DNA of 64,000 bases from Lytechinus pictus (taxonomy: Eukaryota), in contig NC_087251.1 in assembly GCF_037042905.1 (NCBI RefSeq), positions 10,168,001 to 10,232,000 of the forward strand. The letters run 5' to 3'. Under the pieces are notes generated by a model. That model did not search any database and was not told the origin of the DNA. It saw only the letters and a list, made by a program, of their open reading frames with translations. The position numbers and the translations under genes were made by a program. Of this stretch, positions 38,937 through 52,860 are shown one piece after another; position 1 is the first letter of the stretch, and the number at the start of each line of letters is the position of its first letter.

Positions 38937-40919
38937 AGTGGCAGATCCAGGATTTCTTCGGGGAAGGGAGGTCCCAAAGGGGGTCCTCTTTTTCTTCCAG
39001 AAATGTTGACAACACACACTCCAAGTCTTCACTCCAATCGCGCACCTTGACGCCAACCCCCTCCCCCCAAAAAAAAGAATTACACACTGCTTATTTGGCA
39101 TTAAAACCTTCGCGGAGAGTTTGGGAAGAGGAGTACAGACATCGATGTTAGGTTTTCTGTGTTTCTTGTTATTGTTGTTTTATACCATAATATGGATCAG
39201 GTATGGCAAGTACACTGGGTTTACTTCTATAATTGTTGTTATCATTTAATTTGCAAGGCATTATTACATACAGGGCGAAGACAATTGCGGGATAGGTGGA
39301 TGCATCTCCAAACTTTTCAGATGGGGGATCAATGGTCTTTTTTCATATTATATCAAAATCTATCACAAAATTGAATTTACATTTTAAAGTGGTAAAAATT
39401 TGTGGTCGCTCGCTCGCAACTTTTTTTTTTTAGATATTATTTTTTAATCGATCTCCATACGTCTCTCAAAATGTTTGGCTCAAGGACCCACTCCCCCAGG
39501 CGCGTAGCCAGGGGGCGGTGGGGGCGGTCGCCCCCCCCAAAAAAAGTCCCCAAAAAGAAAGGAAGAAGGGAAAAAAGAGAGGAGGAAAGGAAAAGCGAAG
39601 GGAGGATAGGGAAGAAAGGTAGCTTTGTGAGTTTTTCTTTTTATTCTTTTATTTTTTTTTTTCAAAAGAATTAGTAACTTAATGAAACTACTTCACTCTC
39701 ACTCTAATATATATAAATTTTGCTTCCGCGCTTCGCGCGGTCAAATGACAATATTGCAATCCTCCTTTGTTTCCCTCACCTTTTCTCTAAACATGTTTTC
39801 CACCTCGGCTATAGGACTAGTGTGTTTCTTGCCAGGTAAAGTTCAAATGGATACATTAGGGCATGGAATAAGAGGGAGGCTAGGCCGAAGTATTTCCGCA
39901 CTTCTGGTCGGTTCGACCCCTGGCGGGTAAAATCTTGATATCAATTTCTGCCGTCACCCTCATTTGGCCGCTTCTCCCTTTTTTCAGCTCATTACTAGAC
40001 AACCATAATTAGGGGGCAAACAGGTTCCTCATTTTAAAAGAGGAAGGTATAAAATTCGTGTCGTAGTAAATAGAAAAGTACAGTATTTCTATCAAATTCT
40101 ACGAAACTTAAGTCATTTCCTCATGTCATGTTTTGTTTTGCGCCCTCAGTTTGAAATTTTGAATGACATCATTCAAAATGAACCAATACAGGATGAGTAA
40201 AATAAATTGTACATCATACTTTTTGATAAAATCACAGAAGTTTCAACTTTCTGAGCTCTATTTTCCTTGTAATGAAGTTCAATAATTTTAGAAAATCAAA
40301 TAGAATAAGAGCCGATGGGGTATTAGAGATATCTGCATTTGATTAAACGTCCACCCTGTGAAATTTCAGAGTTTCATTGCTCTGCGCGGGAAGGAATATC
40401 TTCCTCCCGGCATATACCATTCTTCTCCTCTTTTTGCGAGTTAAAGAAAGAATGTCGCTAAATTGTATAATTAACTCTGATCTTTCCAAGGTAAGCATTC
40501 AATATAACTTAGAGAATACCCTTATCCCGGACCCTTTTCTTAAAAAAAAAGATAAAACGCTTCAGCTTCCGCGCTTCGCGCGGGGTAATTATTAATTTCA
40601 GATCCTACATTTTATCTCTTTTTGTTCATGATCACTTTTGAAAACAAGGTTCAAAATTCATAATAAAGTCAACTGAATTGGAGCTGATATAGGTACTACA
40701 GACAAGAGAGACGGCTCCTTTTCATTTTAATTTGATGAAACATCGAAAGCTTCGCGCTACGCGGTTGCACTCCCCTACTGTACAAACCACGCGCATACAC
40801 ACACACGTATATACACCCACATAATTATGCATAACATAATACATCATGTCTGTAACTATAGCTGGTCATTGGATTCACCCCCCCCCCCGCGCCATTATGA
40901 AGGCATGTCTACAACACTG
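38937..40919. mobile_element. Cluster of degraded hAT-like fragments; boundaries unresolved
   Basis: End-like motifs CAGTGGCAGATCCAGG (38937), CAGGCGCGTAGCCAGGGGG (39497) and TCTACAACACTG (ends 40919). CGCGCTTCGCGC motifs at ~39727 and ~40570. No matching TSD pair found. Confidence 0.4.
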
Positions 40920-43208
40920 ACCACTAGGACCAATCTTTTAGTGGACGTCTGTACGAGTATAAGAATTTAAGGTAAACAAACTGCTTTGGACGCCATTTTC
41001 ACTTAAACGTTCAAAAGGACTTCAATTACTAAAAGCAATACACCATTACCCGTGTTTAATGAAAAGGTAACAACGTAACCACAATGTACATATTTCAACC
41101 GCAAAGTTAGCGCATAAATTTAGGGTTGTGAGAAATATGTAAGGTTTCCAGATAAGTTCCACTCAAATCTTTGATTTAAAAACCTGTAAATTCATTTAAC
41201 AGACACCTTGCACAACTCTTGCCGATAATAGATGACCCGCGCAGGTGCACATCTCTATTTAATAGTTCCTTGAGGTATCACAGTCCAAATTCCTTCCTTA
41301 CAATCAAACACGTCATTAAAAGATCAAGAGAAAGGTACAGATACTAGAAAGAGAACCAATAAGAATCCCTAGAAATTGTACCAGCCCCACTCTCCACAGA
41401 GATTGATGTAGAGAGAGAGAAAGGGAGATATAAAGAATAGAGAAGGAGAGCGACCCAGATCAGATTTTTTGTTCATCTCCCTTTATCTGTGACAGCGTCG
41501 GTCGGTTCAGTGGTGACATAGCGGGTAACATTAGTCCGAATCTTGGGCCTTTCATTCTCAGGGCTTCACCGGGGAGATCGGTGGCTACCATCCATTCCAA
41601 CAAACAAAGGCCATCATTTATTGTGAAAAAAAGACGACAGCAGGAAAAAAGGATGTCACACCAGCTTTCTGTCACTTCACTTATCCACGCTACAAGAGTA
41701 CGTGTGAAAATGGCCATTCTAAATGTCTAGATATCGACAAACATCTGAATGCAGGCGTTACTCCAAATGAGCAGAGTAGGCTAGGTTTAATTGCAATCAA
41801 GAAGTTGTGAGCACGCCACTTCTGATTCGTATAATTTCCTGGAGCACATCATTTTATTATTATTAGAGTCTTAAAAAAAAACAACGAAAAGACCGTCTTT
41901 CATATAGTTGGTTGAAGTTAGGTCTTGTTTCCGTAGGTCCCATAAGCACCAAAACCATACAATCCCTTAAAGAATGCAAGCAAATACACAGACTGGAATG
42001 ACATGACACCACGCAACTTCGTATAAAATATGAGAGGTTAAATGAAAATATCTGAAAACACTCTAATCAGATTTCCTCTTATTCCGTTTCGAAACCATGG
42101 CGTAGGATCGCATCTCGCATCTATTTCCACATAACTGAATGAGTTTGACAAACTAACGGCTAAAGAAGTCGCCTTATTGCTATAGGCTGCACTATCCTAA
42201 TGAACCGTTTATATTGGCCTTATGAGTGAAATCTGGTCTCCATTATATTTTAAGGTGAAATATAATCGTATAAAATAAGATTGTGAAATTGAAGGTTCAT
42301 TCTCTTCTGTTACCATTTAGTCAAACTATTTTCCTACCCTGGGGGCTTGAAGGTTCAATGACCTGACGTATGATTCCGCTATTATAAAAGTGATACTTTA
42401 ATTATAACTGATTATCGGGAATTTATTGTGATCATGCATTTCTTGTTCTGAATAATGCGAGCTAAAAGGGAAAAGAATCTGGTTTTATATTTTGGATATG
42501 GTACTGCGTGGTTCTATCTCTCTCTATATAAAGTAATAAACATATGGAAGCGTTTTCTTAGATTTTTGTTAACTGACCAATATTGCCCGGCATTTTTTAT
42601 TATGTTCCATGAGACTGTTTATTCTGCTAATACCTCTAATACCTCTTACGTATTAGTCAAAATAGGAGATATTCAAAACACTAATGGGCTACCTAGCAAT
42701 GTTTTGTGACTTTAGTAACTTTTATATAAATTGGTCATATCATGTTAGAATTTGAAGTTTTAGAGTATTAAAAATCAAGACTCGCCATCAAGGAAAATAT
42801 ACCGACAAATAATTGAAATTCAGCCTTCATCTGCCAGAGGGATTTAACGAAAGTACCACCTCTGAGCGATGCTAGAGGAGGACGGTTGTGGCTGCCCTTG
42901 TGAAAAAAGAAAAGAAAAAAAGAAGAAAATTGAAAGAAAAACAAAGAAGAAATAAAGAGTATCAATCAACAAATTTATGGACTGTGTAAATGTATATAAC
43001 CCTTCTTATCCAATAAATTGAGAAAAAAAAATGATGTAATCATCATATCATCTTTAGCTCGTCACTCCCTCCATCAAAAGACCCTGACACCGCCCCTGCT
43101 TGGTTCCATTTCTCACCGACTTCAAAGCGTTGTTTAAGTCCTACTTTCTTAAAAAAAACAAAAACAAACAATTCAAGGTTAAAATTAAAGTTGCACATAT
43201 CCTGGGTA

Positions 43209-46200
43209 TAGACGGGTCAATATATGGTTTGACCCGGAACAAATTGCAACAAATGATTTTTCAACGGTATTTTGTACTATTTGACCTCAGGAATAACATA
43301 CTAAAAATCTACCAAAATCCGCATCCGGGAAAGTGGTTATTTTCAAGATGGCGTCCAAGATGGCCGTCATTCACTAAAAATGGATATAACTCGCTCATTA
43401 TCCACCCTAGAATCCTATTTGGATTCATATTCCATGATCCAATGGGTAAAATAATTTATTTATACAAGTTAGAGTGAATATCAGCACTCCAGGGTACCAG
43501 GAAAATCCAAGATGGCGCCCAAAATGGTTGCCGTAGTCTAAAAAATCCACAATTCATCTATTACTTACTTAAGTGGCTTTAATTTGGTTTCCATTCGATT
43601 GTTTTAATGATGAAGTAGTACGTCGGGACAAGTTACAACGGCAGCCAGTGGTCTGGTGTTGTCGAAAAATACAAGATGGCTTCCAAAATTGAGTTTAAAA
43701 TGGCTGTTAATCCTTAAAATGGACATAGCTCATGTCACATCCACCTCAGTGATATGATTTTGATGTCTAGACCATGGTTTCAATGGTCAAATAATACATT
43801 GTGACAAGTTACAAGGACAGTCAGTGGTTCGGTATGTTAAAAAATCCAAGATGGCTTCCAAAAATGGAGAAAAAATGCTGTTGCTACTTTAAAAAAAAAA
43901 ACATAGTTGTTAAATATCCGGGAATATGATTTTTTGTGCCTATACCATGGTTAAATGGGTCAAATAATAAATCAGGATAGGTTACAAGGACGTTTGGTAG
44001 TCAAGTATGTCCAAAAGTCCACGGTGGCTTAAAAAATAGTATCAATTAGCCGCGATGGTATTTAAAAATGGACATAGTTATGTTTTATTCGGCAAGTGCA
44101 TATGATTTTGTTGCCTATTTATATCATGGTTTCAAAAGGCAGAAAATTAGTTACAAGGACAGTCAGTGGTCCAGTATGTCGAAAATCTAAGAAAGCTTCC
44201 AAAAATCGGAGTCTAAAATGACTGCTGTTACTTTAAAAATGGACATAGTTCCTTTAAAATCCACCTAGGAGATATGATTTCGGTGTCCACACTATGGTTT
44301 CATGATTAAAATAATATGTTTGGACTGGTTACATTGGTATGTAGTTGTCCAGTTTGCCTAAAACACAAGAGGGTTTTTAAAAAAGGAATCTAAAACGACA
44401 CATATCATTCAATAGTGGTCAGAGTTCTACAATATTCATCTGCAAGAAATAATGTTGGTGTCCAAATTGTGGTATGAAGGGTCAAATAATACATTCGGAA
44501 AAGTAACAAGGATGGTTAGTACCCCATTTTGTCAAAGAATCCATGATGGATTCTAAAATTTCATCAAAATGGGTGCTGTTACCAACTCATGAAACAATAT
44601 GATAACTTTTCCCCATGCATTTAAGTGTAGGCACCAAGATTATTTCTAACAGGTAGATATTTTATGTAACGGTAGTCACTTTAGAACCCATTCTTAAGCC
44701 AACTTGGATTTCAAGGCAAAATGGATTGCTGCATATCATGGTAACCAGTCCCAAAGTATTGTTTGGCCCTTGAAACCCTAGTGTAGACACCAAAATAATA
44801 TGTTCTACATCCACTTTTAAGTAACAGCAGTCTTTAAGACCCCCATTTTTAAAGCCATCTTTGATTTTTGGACATATCTGACACCTGACTGTCCTTTGAA
44901 CTTATCCCAATGTATTGCTTGACCCTGTAAACTCTAGTATAGACAGCAGAATCATACCTCCAAGGTGTATTTATAATAAACTATGCATACTTTTAAACAG
45001 CAACAGTCAATTTACACCCCATTTTTTGAAGTAATCTTGGATTTTTTAACATACAGACAACTGACTGGTCTTGTAACTTACCCTAGTGTATTACTTGACC
45101 CTCTTAAACCATGCTTTTAACACCAAACTCATATTCCCCAGATAGATGTTAAACAAACTATGTCCTTATGTAAGTAACATCAGACATTTTTTTACTCCAT
45201 TTTTGGAAGCCATCTTTATTATTTGACCCTTGAAACCATAGTTAGACACCAAAATCATATCTCACAGGCTGATTTAAAACGAGCTATGCCACTTTTAAAT
45301 ATCAACAGCCATTTTAGAATCAAGTTTTGGAAGCCAACTTATGTTTTTTGACCGACCAGGCCACTGACTGTCCTTGTAACTTGCCCTAATGTATTAATTG
45401 ATCCTTGAAACTAGTGGTTTAGACACCAAAATCACCTTTCCAGGCCGATATGAAATGAGCTTTGTCCGTTTTAAGTATCAGCAGCATATTTTTAAGACCA
45501 ATTTTTGGACACCATCTTCGATTTTTGGACATACCAGACCATTGACTGTCCTTGTAACTTATCCTAATATATAATTTTTGACCCTTGAAACCAGTGGTTT
45601 AGACATCAAAATCACATATCCCAGTCCAAAATGAAATGAGCTATGTCCGCTTTAAGTATAAGCAGCCATTTCAGAATCAATTTTTAGAATCCATCGAGGA
45701 TTTTGCACATACCAGCCCACTGACTTTCCTTGTAACTTGTCCCAATGTATTATTTGACCCATTTAACCATGGTATAGACAAAAAAAAAATCATATTTCTG
45801 GACATTGAGCAAACTATGTCGGGTTTTTTAAGTAGCAACAGCAGTTTTCGATTCCATTTTTGGAAGCCATCTTGGATTTTTGAACATACTGGACCACTGA
45901 CTGTCCTTGTAACTTGTCCCAATGTCTTATTTGACCATTGAAATCGTGGTCTAGACACCAAAATCATTATGTCCCAGGCGGATATGAAATGAACTATGTC
46001 CATTTTAATTATCAACAGCCATTTTAAACTCCGTTTTTGGAAGCAATCTTGGATTTTTGGACACACCAGACCACTGGCTGTCCTTGTAACTTGTTTCAAT
46101 GTACTATTTCACCCTTAAAACCATTGAATGAAAAACAAATTTAGATGAATTGTGGATTTTCAGCCCACGGCAGCCATTTTGGGCGCCATCTTGGATTTGC

Positions 46201-46497
46201 CTGGTACACTGGAGAGCTTATAATTCTTTCTAGCCTAAATCAACTTTTGAACCCCAGACCATGGAATATAGAACGAAATAAGATTCTAGGGTGGATAATG
46301 TGTCAGTTGTATCAATTTTCAGTGAATGGCGGCTATCTTGGACGCCATCTTGAAAATAACCACTTTCCCGGATGCGGATTTTGGTAGATTTTTAGTATGT
46401 TATTCCTGAGGTCAAATAGTACAAAATACCGTTGAAAAATAATTTGTTGCAATTTGTTCCGGGTAAGGCTATTTTTGGTCGTATATTGACCCGTCTA
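43209..46497. mobile_element. 3.3-kb foldback non-autonomous DNA transposon, Academ-like
   Basis: Termini TAGACGGGTCAATATA / TATATTGACCCGTCTA; 3-bp TSD GTA (43206-43208, 46498-46500). 43232-43361 is an almost perfect inverted copy of 46335-46464. Interior is ~175-bp units that switch orientation near 44600. TAG ends with a 3-bp TSD fit Academ; a TA-TSD reading with GAC ends is also possible. Confidence 0.85.
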
Positions 46498-49020
46498 GTA
46501 TAATAACACAATCTTGTGTGTAAATTGCACGTAATCTTGTGTAGATTTTACCCATCAAACATGTTTTTACCTGATAATTTACCCAACAAAAATTAATTTG
46601 CATGTTTTGTTTTAACCCCTTTTGCTCTTTTGTTGTTCTTTTTTGCTCAACCCATTTTAGATTCCACCTGTTCTTAGAAACCATCAGTAACTTTGTTTCT
46701 TCTTTATTTTTTTTACATGCCTATACAGGAGAAGTGCTAGGAATCCCCCCCTCTCTCTCTCATTACAGTAAATAAAATACTGAAATTCAAATCAAGGAAT
46801 CGAAAGACGAAAGGGAACAATCTTTCTTTTTCGTTCAGAGAAAGATATTAATCACAAAAGTACCACAATTACCCACTTGAAAATAAACGGAACCAATTAT
46901 TGCAAAAATCTGATGTGAAGCGGTGATCATTATTTTCAATCAGAATTAAGTGAAATAATGAGATGATAATTAGATGGGATGTCATCGGGAGGTACCATAG
47001 ATCCCATCTAACTTAACTATCGGGTCTTTTCATCCTTTCCGTATTTGAGGCTCGGCTTTCATATCAAAATCATCAAACCAAATTTTCTTAATCCATGACC
47101 TTCATTATCGTAATAGAGGCAGCGTTTTTTATCAAGTGGGAAATTAGGTAGTTAGGAGTATTGAAGATGTACTTTTTTGTCAAATGCTGTATAGGAGACA
47201 ACGCACGAGGAGGGTTAAATATTGTACCCTTAAAATGAAATCATGCTTATTGGAGTTCCTTTTTGTGAGAAATGTTGCTCTCATCAAGGTTTTATTATTG
47301 TGCACCATTGAGGATGAGAAATATTTATTTGTATTAGTGACCGTACGAAGTGGGGGAGGTGGTGGTGGACGGGGGCTCACTCACCCCCATAAATGGTAAA
47401 CCTAGCTTTTTATTGATAATTTCAACAAATTCTATCGTTCTATTTCAATGTTGAAAAATACAAAAGCGTCCTTGCTGCCAGTTCGGTCGATTCGCTCCCC
47501 ACTTGTATATTCTTGAACATGTCATGTATCCTTGTCTCCATGGGGAAATATCATGCGTATATAGCCATGGCTGCATCACTCTCATAGAGCTAAGAGTGAT
47601 GCCGTTTTGCCCCTCTTCGATACTTCTCAAGAATCCATCAAAATAAGAATGATTGCAACTTTTCGAGGATGAAGGGTTCTTTTCTCCGTATTAGCTGTGA
47701 CTCAATTTGAAACCGTTCGAAGTAAATATGACTTGCACATTACGGATTGAGTAAGACCTTTCTATCCTAATGGAATATGAAATTATATTGAAGGCCTGTA
47801 AAGCTTTTCAAACCATTTGAAGAGTTATCTTCTTTAAAACGAAATGAAATATTACCTGTTGTCCGTCACTTTGTCTATATACCTCCCCGTATTTCTTGAT
47901 AAAACTCATCCTCGTTTCTTTTATCCTTTGTTCAATTTTCACAATCATTTCCCTTTCTCTGGCAGTGGGTATAGGTTCTTCAATCATCATTAAACAACAA
48001 GCTTGGTTTACGTGATAATCTGTTCAATTCCTAACCATGACACGGTTTTCAAAAACCTTCGTTTCATGGCAAGCTAACTACTTTTAATTTGCTTCTCTTA
48101 TTGTGTTTGTTTTGAATTTTGTAGAAATGTCCCTAAATGCAAGCACAATACAGAAGAATTTTAGGAATAACGATTTGTGAAAATCTTAATCTCAATCAGC
48201 CAATTTAACATACTTTCACATTCTTCGTGAGATTTCAGTTATCTCTATCTTCTTATATAGGGCCCCTAAACCTCCCCCTTTCTCTCCGACCTATTTTGTT
48301 TTTAGCTGTATTTAAACTCTCCCTTTTCGTACTTTTTTAAACGAACGTCCATTTATCTTGCCCCATCGTTCCACCATGGACCTATTACGAATAGGTCCAT
48401 GGTTAAACCTCCTCATGACCATGGAACCTGAAATTTACTATCGTATACAAATGTTTTCTTTACTCCGCCTTAGTCTAAGTTAAATGGTACGTTCTAACTG
48501 TTTTTGTTAATAATATATTGTAGTAGTACATTATCCCCCGCCTTACCATTCTTTCGGTGCAATTTAGCCCAATGATGTGGTTTCGATTCGCAATAACGGT
48601 GTCATTGAAACGAAGAATGAAGGCAAAGTTTATTCCAATATCCATTTAGGGCTACCATGATTCAAATTAAACCACAGGTGCAATGACAACATTTCAAACG
48701 AAAAAAATAAAATACCCTCTAAAAGAGTAAGGAGACAACACTCTCATCCTAACCACTGTATAAAGGTAAAGTCTTACTTTTGCGACTCCCCTGAAAAAAA
48801 AAAATAAGCCTAGAACCATGTGGGGAAAATATCACTTAATAATTAATCGAAATTTCGCAGTTTGGTTTGCCTTTGGTATATTTAGATTTGACCTTAAATG
48901 TTAATATCTGAACCTTATTCTTACCTTAGGATTTAAACCCTCATCTTAACTTAAGTGTAAATTTTAACCTAACGTCAACAAGGATTTATAAAATATACTT
49001 GCTTATTATGCAAAGCAGCT

Positions 49021-49139
49021 GTTACGCGCACGGAATAAATTCTTATCGAGTACCCATTTGCTTCACCTGGGTAAAGTGCAGCACATTGTGGATCAAATTA
49101 TTTCTTGCTGAAGGAAATGACGCCATTGATGGCATTCCA
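49021..49139 (-). mobile_element. SINE central (CORE-like) fragment
   Basis: Reverse complement (...TTTCCTTCAGCAAGAAAT...CCACAATGTGCTGCACTTTACCCAGGTGAAGCAAATGGGTAC) aligns with the copy at 54720. Confidence 0.7.
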
Positions 49140-49254
49140 GAAAAGAGATGCACTAGTCTACAATAATCAATTACTGTTAAAATAAGACTAGATATAGCAC
49201 TTTAGCTAAATAGATGTGTTTTAGTTAATAGATTTTCATATATCATTGTATCAG

Positions 49255-49425
49255 GGGGACGTTTCATTAAGCTGTTCGTAAGTTAAGAGCGACTTTAAGA
49301 ACGACTGGTGAACCTTTCTTACGTGCCAAACCATCGCCAATGAATATACCATTTACCACAAGAAAGGATCACCAGTCATTCTTAAAGTCGATCGTAACTT
49401 ACGAACAGCTTTATGAAACACCCAC
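49255..49425. mobile_element. 171-bp palindromic MITE, copy 2
   Basis: Same arms and length as 16031-16201. TSD CAG at 49252-49254 and 49426-49428. Confidence 0.92.
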
Positions 49426-52400
49426 CAGGACTCTCTTTGAAAGTTACTAAATCCTGTGTGTTTGGAGAAGAGTAAATATTATACAGGGTATAGAAATCCA
49501 TTATTTTACCTTTAACATTTGTCCATGGTTTAGGGGTTCATTTTACATAAATCAAGAGGTAATAGAACTCATGTATCAACTAATTGTTTCAATCGTTTTA
49601 TGGCATTCTGCACAAACAATTCAAGCTATAACATGTATAAGGGCAAATATTTCCCACCAAGAAGAACACATTACGCCATGGCCATTGTAGAGTAAACATA
49701 CATTCCTAAGGGATGATCGTCAGTGATTTAATGCCAAATCTTAATTGTTTCGACATCTCTTAAATTAAGATGACATGCACGTACCAGTAAACAGAAGCTC
49801 ACTGCTTTGTTAACTAGAAACTTTAGTTTGACTTTCCGTCCGAAGAAAATGCTAAAACAAAGATGTAAAGATATAGAAAGTAGGCAGGGCATTTCGTAAC
49901 TAAATAAAAAAAATGGGAAGAGCAGGAAAAGGGATGTTTCTGTGTAATCATTGGACAGTTGTTGAAAAATTGGCGTGTAATTATGATCTAATTCGTTTAA
50001 TTTTGCGTATTGCAATGAGAGACAGGTGTGTTTTATTGCTTTTGAACGACGTTAGTTGTTCAATTTAAATTTAAAACGCAATTTAAAATCGGAGTTGAAA
50101 GAGTAAACCAAAAAATAGCCCTCCAATCTGATTAACATGATATTGAAACCCTATAATAAAAATGAATCACTTACATTTGATATAAGAGTTTAAATTTTTA
50201 CACCGGGAGTTCAGTAAACTTCCATGATACGTTTAGGTATATATTATTTGTAATGATTTAAATAGATTATTCATTCTCAAACCAACGAACCCCAACGAAC
50301 TCTTAAATGATTACTACCGCGTATCATGATTGATACCATCAACTCACCACCAGACCCTCTTGCCCCCATGCATGCCGTCCAATTCCAACCCCCCTCCACA
50401 GCCTCTTGTGTACAATCTTTGCCACCAGAAAATCTTTATTGGAAATCAACATTTAAAATGACCCATCTCTATAACAAGTGTACCGCAGACTACAATTAGC
50501 ACCTTTCTGAAAAGCACGCCTCCCATTGCGGCGCCAAACTCGAAGAAGGCGCCGTTATGTAACCCAAAGTTTGACAGTTCTTCAACTTTCGATTTCCCTG
50601 ATCTCTATCTAGTACACACGTATATAGATATAGTTTGAAGTGTCTTGTCTTCGTAGATACAACATTATATTGCTATTGTAAGGGTCATTAAAATCTCGAA
50701 AAGGGAAATTCCTATATGTGATGATACTTTTAATGTATTTCCATAAGAGTTATAATCCGGTTACTTACACACTTTTGAATTAAGACACGTTTCCTTCCTT
50801 AGTTTTCAATAATATATTTTTTACAATATTTTTAGTGATGTAACTTTTATTCCTCTCACATTCAAAATGTATTTTTACAAGCCATCAAATGATTTACATC
50901 AGATGGAGATATTGTAATGTAAGGCCTGCTTATTTTCCCCCAAATTCATGTAACTCAGTAGACTATATAACTTTTTCTTTTAGAAAATTAATTATTACCC
51001 AAATATTACTTAGATAGCTCAAATGCTAAATCATGAATAATGGTCATTCGATGGTTAAATAATCTCATTGAATTGCAAGTCATCAAATAGCTTCTACATA
51101 AAAGGAAAAGTATTGTCGAATAAATTTATATTTAATTGAATAAAACATCTGTCAGTTACATGAAAGATAAATATTAATCAAAATATCATTTTGACAGACG
51201 TGGTACAATAAAAAAAAAATTTAGCATGTTATTATTGACGATAATATTGAGCCCAATGCAACTCATATCAAAGCAACAATTTGCCATTATAATTATTAAT
51301 CAAAACCAACAAGGAAGTCCACATAGCAACGTTTACAACTTTTTATATTCATTTGAAATCAACTGGATCCCCGAAGCGGAAGCCATTGAACAAGAAGGCT
51401 TGGAGATACTAGTAGTGTTCTAATTGATTGCATACCAACAGGCAATTGACACTGATTAAGCGATAGACAGACAACTTGTCTTGAATTATATTGAATTTGA
51501 TAGATTAAGAGATGCTAACTCACTGTTTGTTATTCTTTATTATTATCCACCTTTCATTCCTTCAACATGAAACTAAAGCAGCTAAAATCCAACAGGCCTA
51601 TTTGTTGACAGCATTTGCCCAGGCAGAATGTGATAAAATCGATTAACATTAAACTGAATTATAAAGAAATTATGAGCTCTTGTATTTCTTTATACTGTAG
51701 AAAAAATATGGTAATTTATTCGCACATTTCAAAACCAACCTTCACTTTGTAACGATAGATATTTAGATTTGTTCTACTGCTTTTTTTATTATTTAAAGTA
51801 TTATATATCTACACATGTATAACATAACTGGTTGTATTTGAAATTTTAAGCAAAGAGATGACAAATTATCGGTTTTATAGGCATAAATATTTACAGTTAT
51901 GAATAAAGATTTAAATCACAAATTCTTCAATGTATTTTTTGTGTATAAAATACAAAAAAATGATCAAATGTGGATACCATGCTTATTATTAGATAAAAAT
52001 CAAATTACTTAGCTCTATGATATCTTACTGTGTAAGGCCTAAAGGCATATTTTGTTATCTTGTAAGTTAGGAAAATTGTGAAGAATTAAACATATTCTTT
52101 ACAACGCCATTCAAACACGGTATATGAAGAGGAAAATATACTATGTGGATAGGAGTACTTCAAAATTTAATAACAATTTTTTATCACATCATCTTCAAGA
52201 CAAAGGAAAACAATCTCTCGTCCAAGCATGAAACGCAATAACTTCCGACGAAAAATTAGTTTACGAGCGAGTGATGATTTTTTGTTGATAAAGATCATTT
52301 TTTTACACAGTTTCTTTGACCTCCCTTCCTCTGGTAACGAGTTATTAAGCCGAAATTATCCATTAAATTGTTGCGCTTAGGAAAAGACACCTGCATGTAA

Positions 52401-52751
52401 GGAGGAATTCTATAGACATCATAAAAGGTAGAACCTGAAATAGCTCAGACAGGTAATGAACTCCCAATTTCGTATTTTTGGGGTTCTTGAAGAGGGTTTT
52501 GGGGCTAATGGCAATTTTAAGAAAAATCTTGTCAATTTTCCTTTAATTATTTTGACCTGAATCGTGCAGATTACACTTGTAAAAAACATGCACGGAGAAT
52601 TTCAATGACGAATTAATTTACAATCCATGAAATAGATATAGAGAAATAGACAAAGGACCCTCTTTTTTTTTATTGTGAATAATCTAACATGTGATTATTG
52701 CAACTATTCTTTTATCAAATATTTTATTGTGACCGTTAAAAGAATAAGAAG

Positions 52752-52860
52752 GTACCGTGGCCATGTGGTATCAGGTGCCTGACTATAAACATTATTAAAG
52801 TCCAGGGTTCGATTCCTGCCACGGTACTTGACCTCCCTGAGTAACATATTTCATCTAATT
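52752..52860 (+). mobile_element. tRNA-derived SINE head
   Basis: A-box-like TGGCCATGTGG, B box GGTTCGATTCC, closing stem GTACCGTGG/CCACGGTAC (52752-60/52819-27). No proper anticodon arm, so not a tRNA gene. Confidence 0.7.

Noticed and set aside
43100-46387. ORFs of 80-140 aa in the foldback element
   Set aside because: Translations of the tandem unit; frames are not kept between units.
43209-46497. CRISPR-like regular spacing
   Set aside because: Whole units are homologous, with no unique spacers; eukaryotic context and no cas genes.
52752-52827. tRNA gene
   Set aside because: A/B boxes present but no valid cloverleaf; treated as a SINE head.
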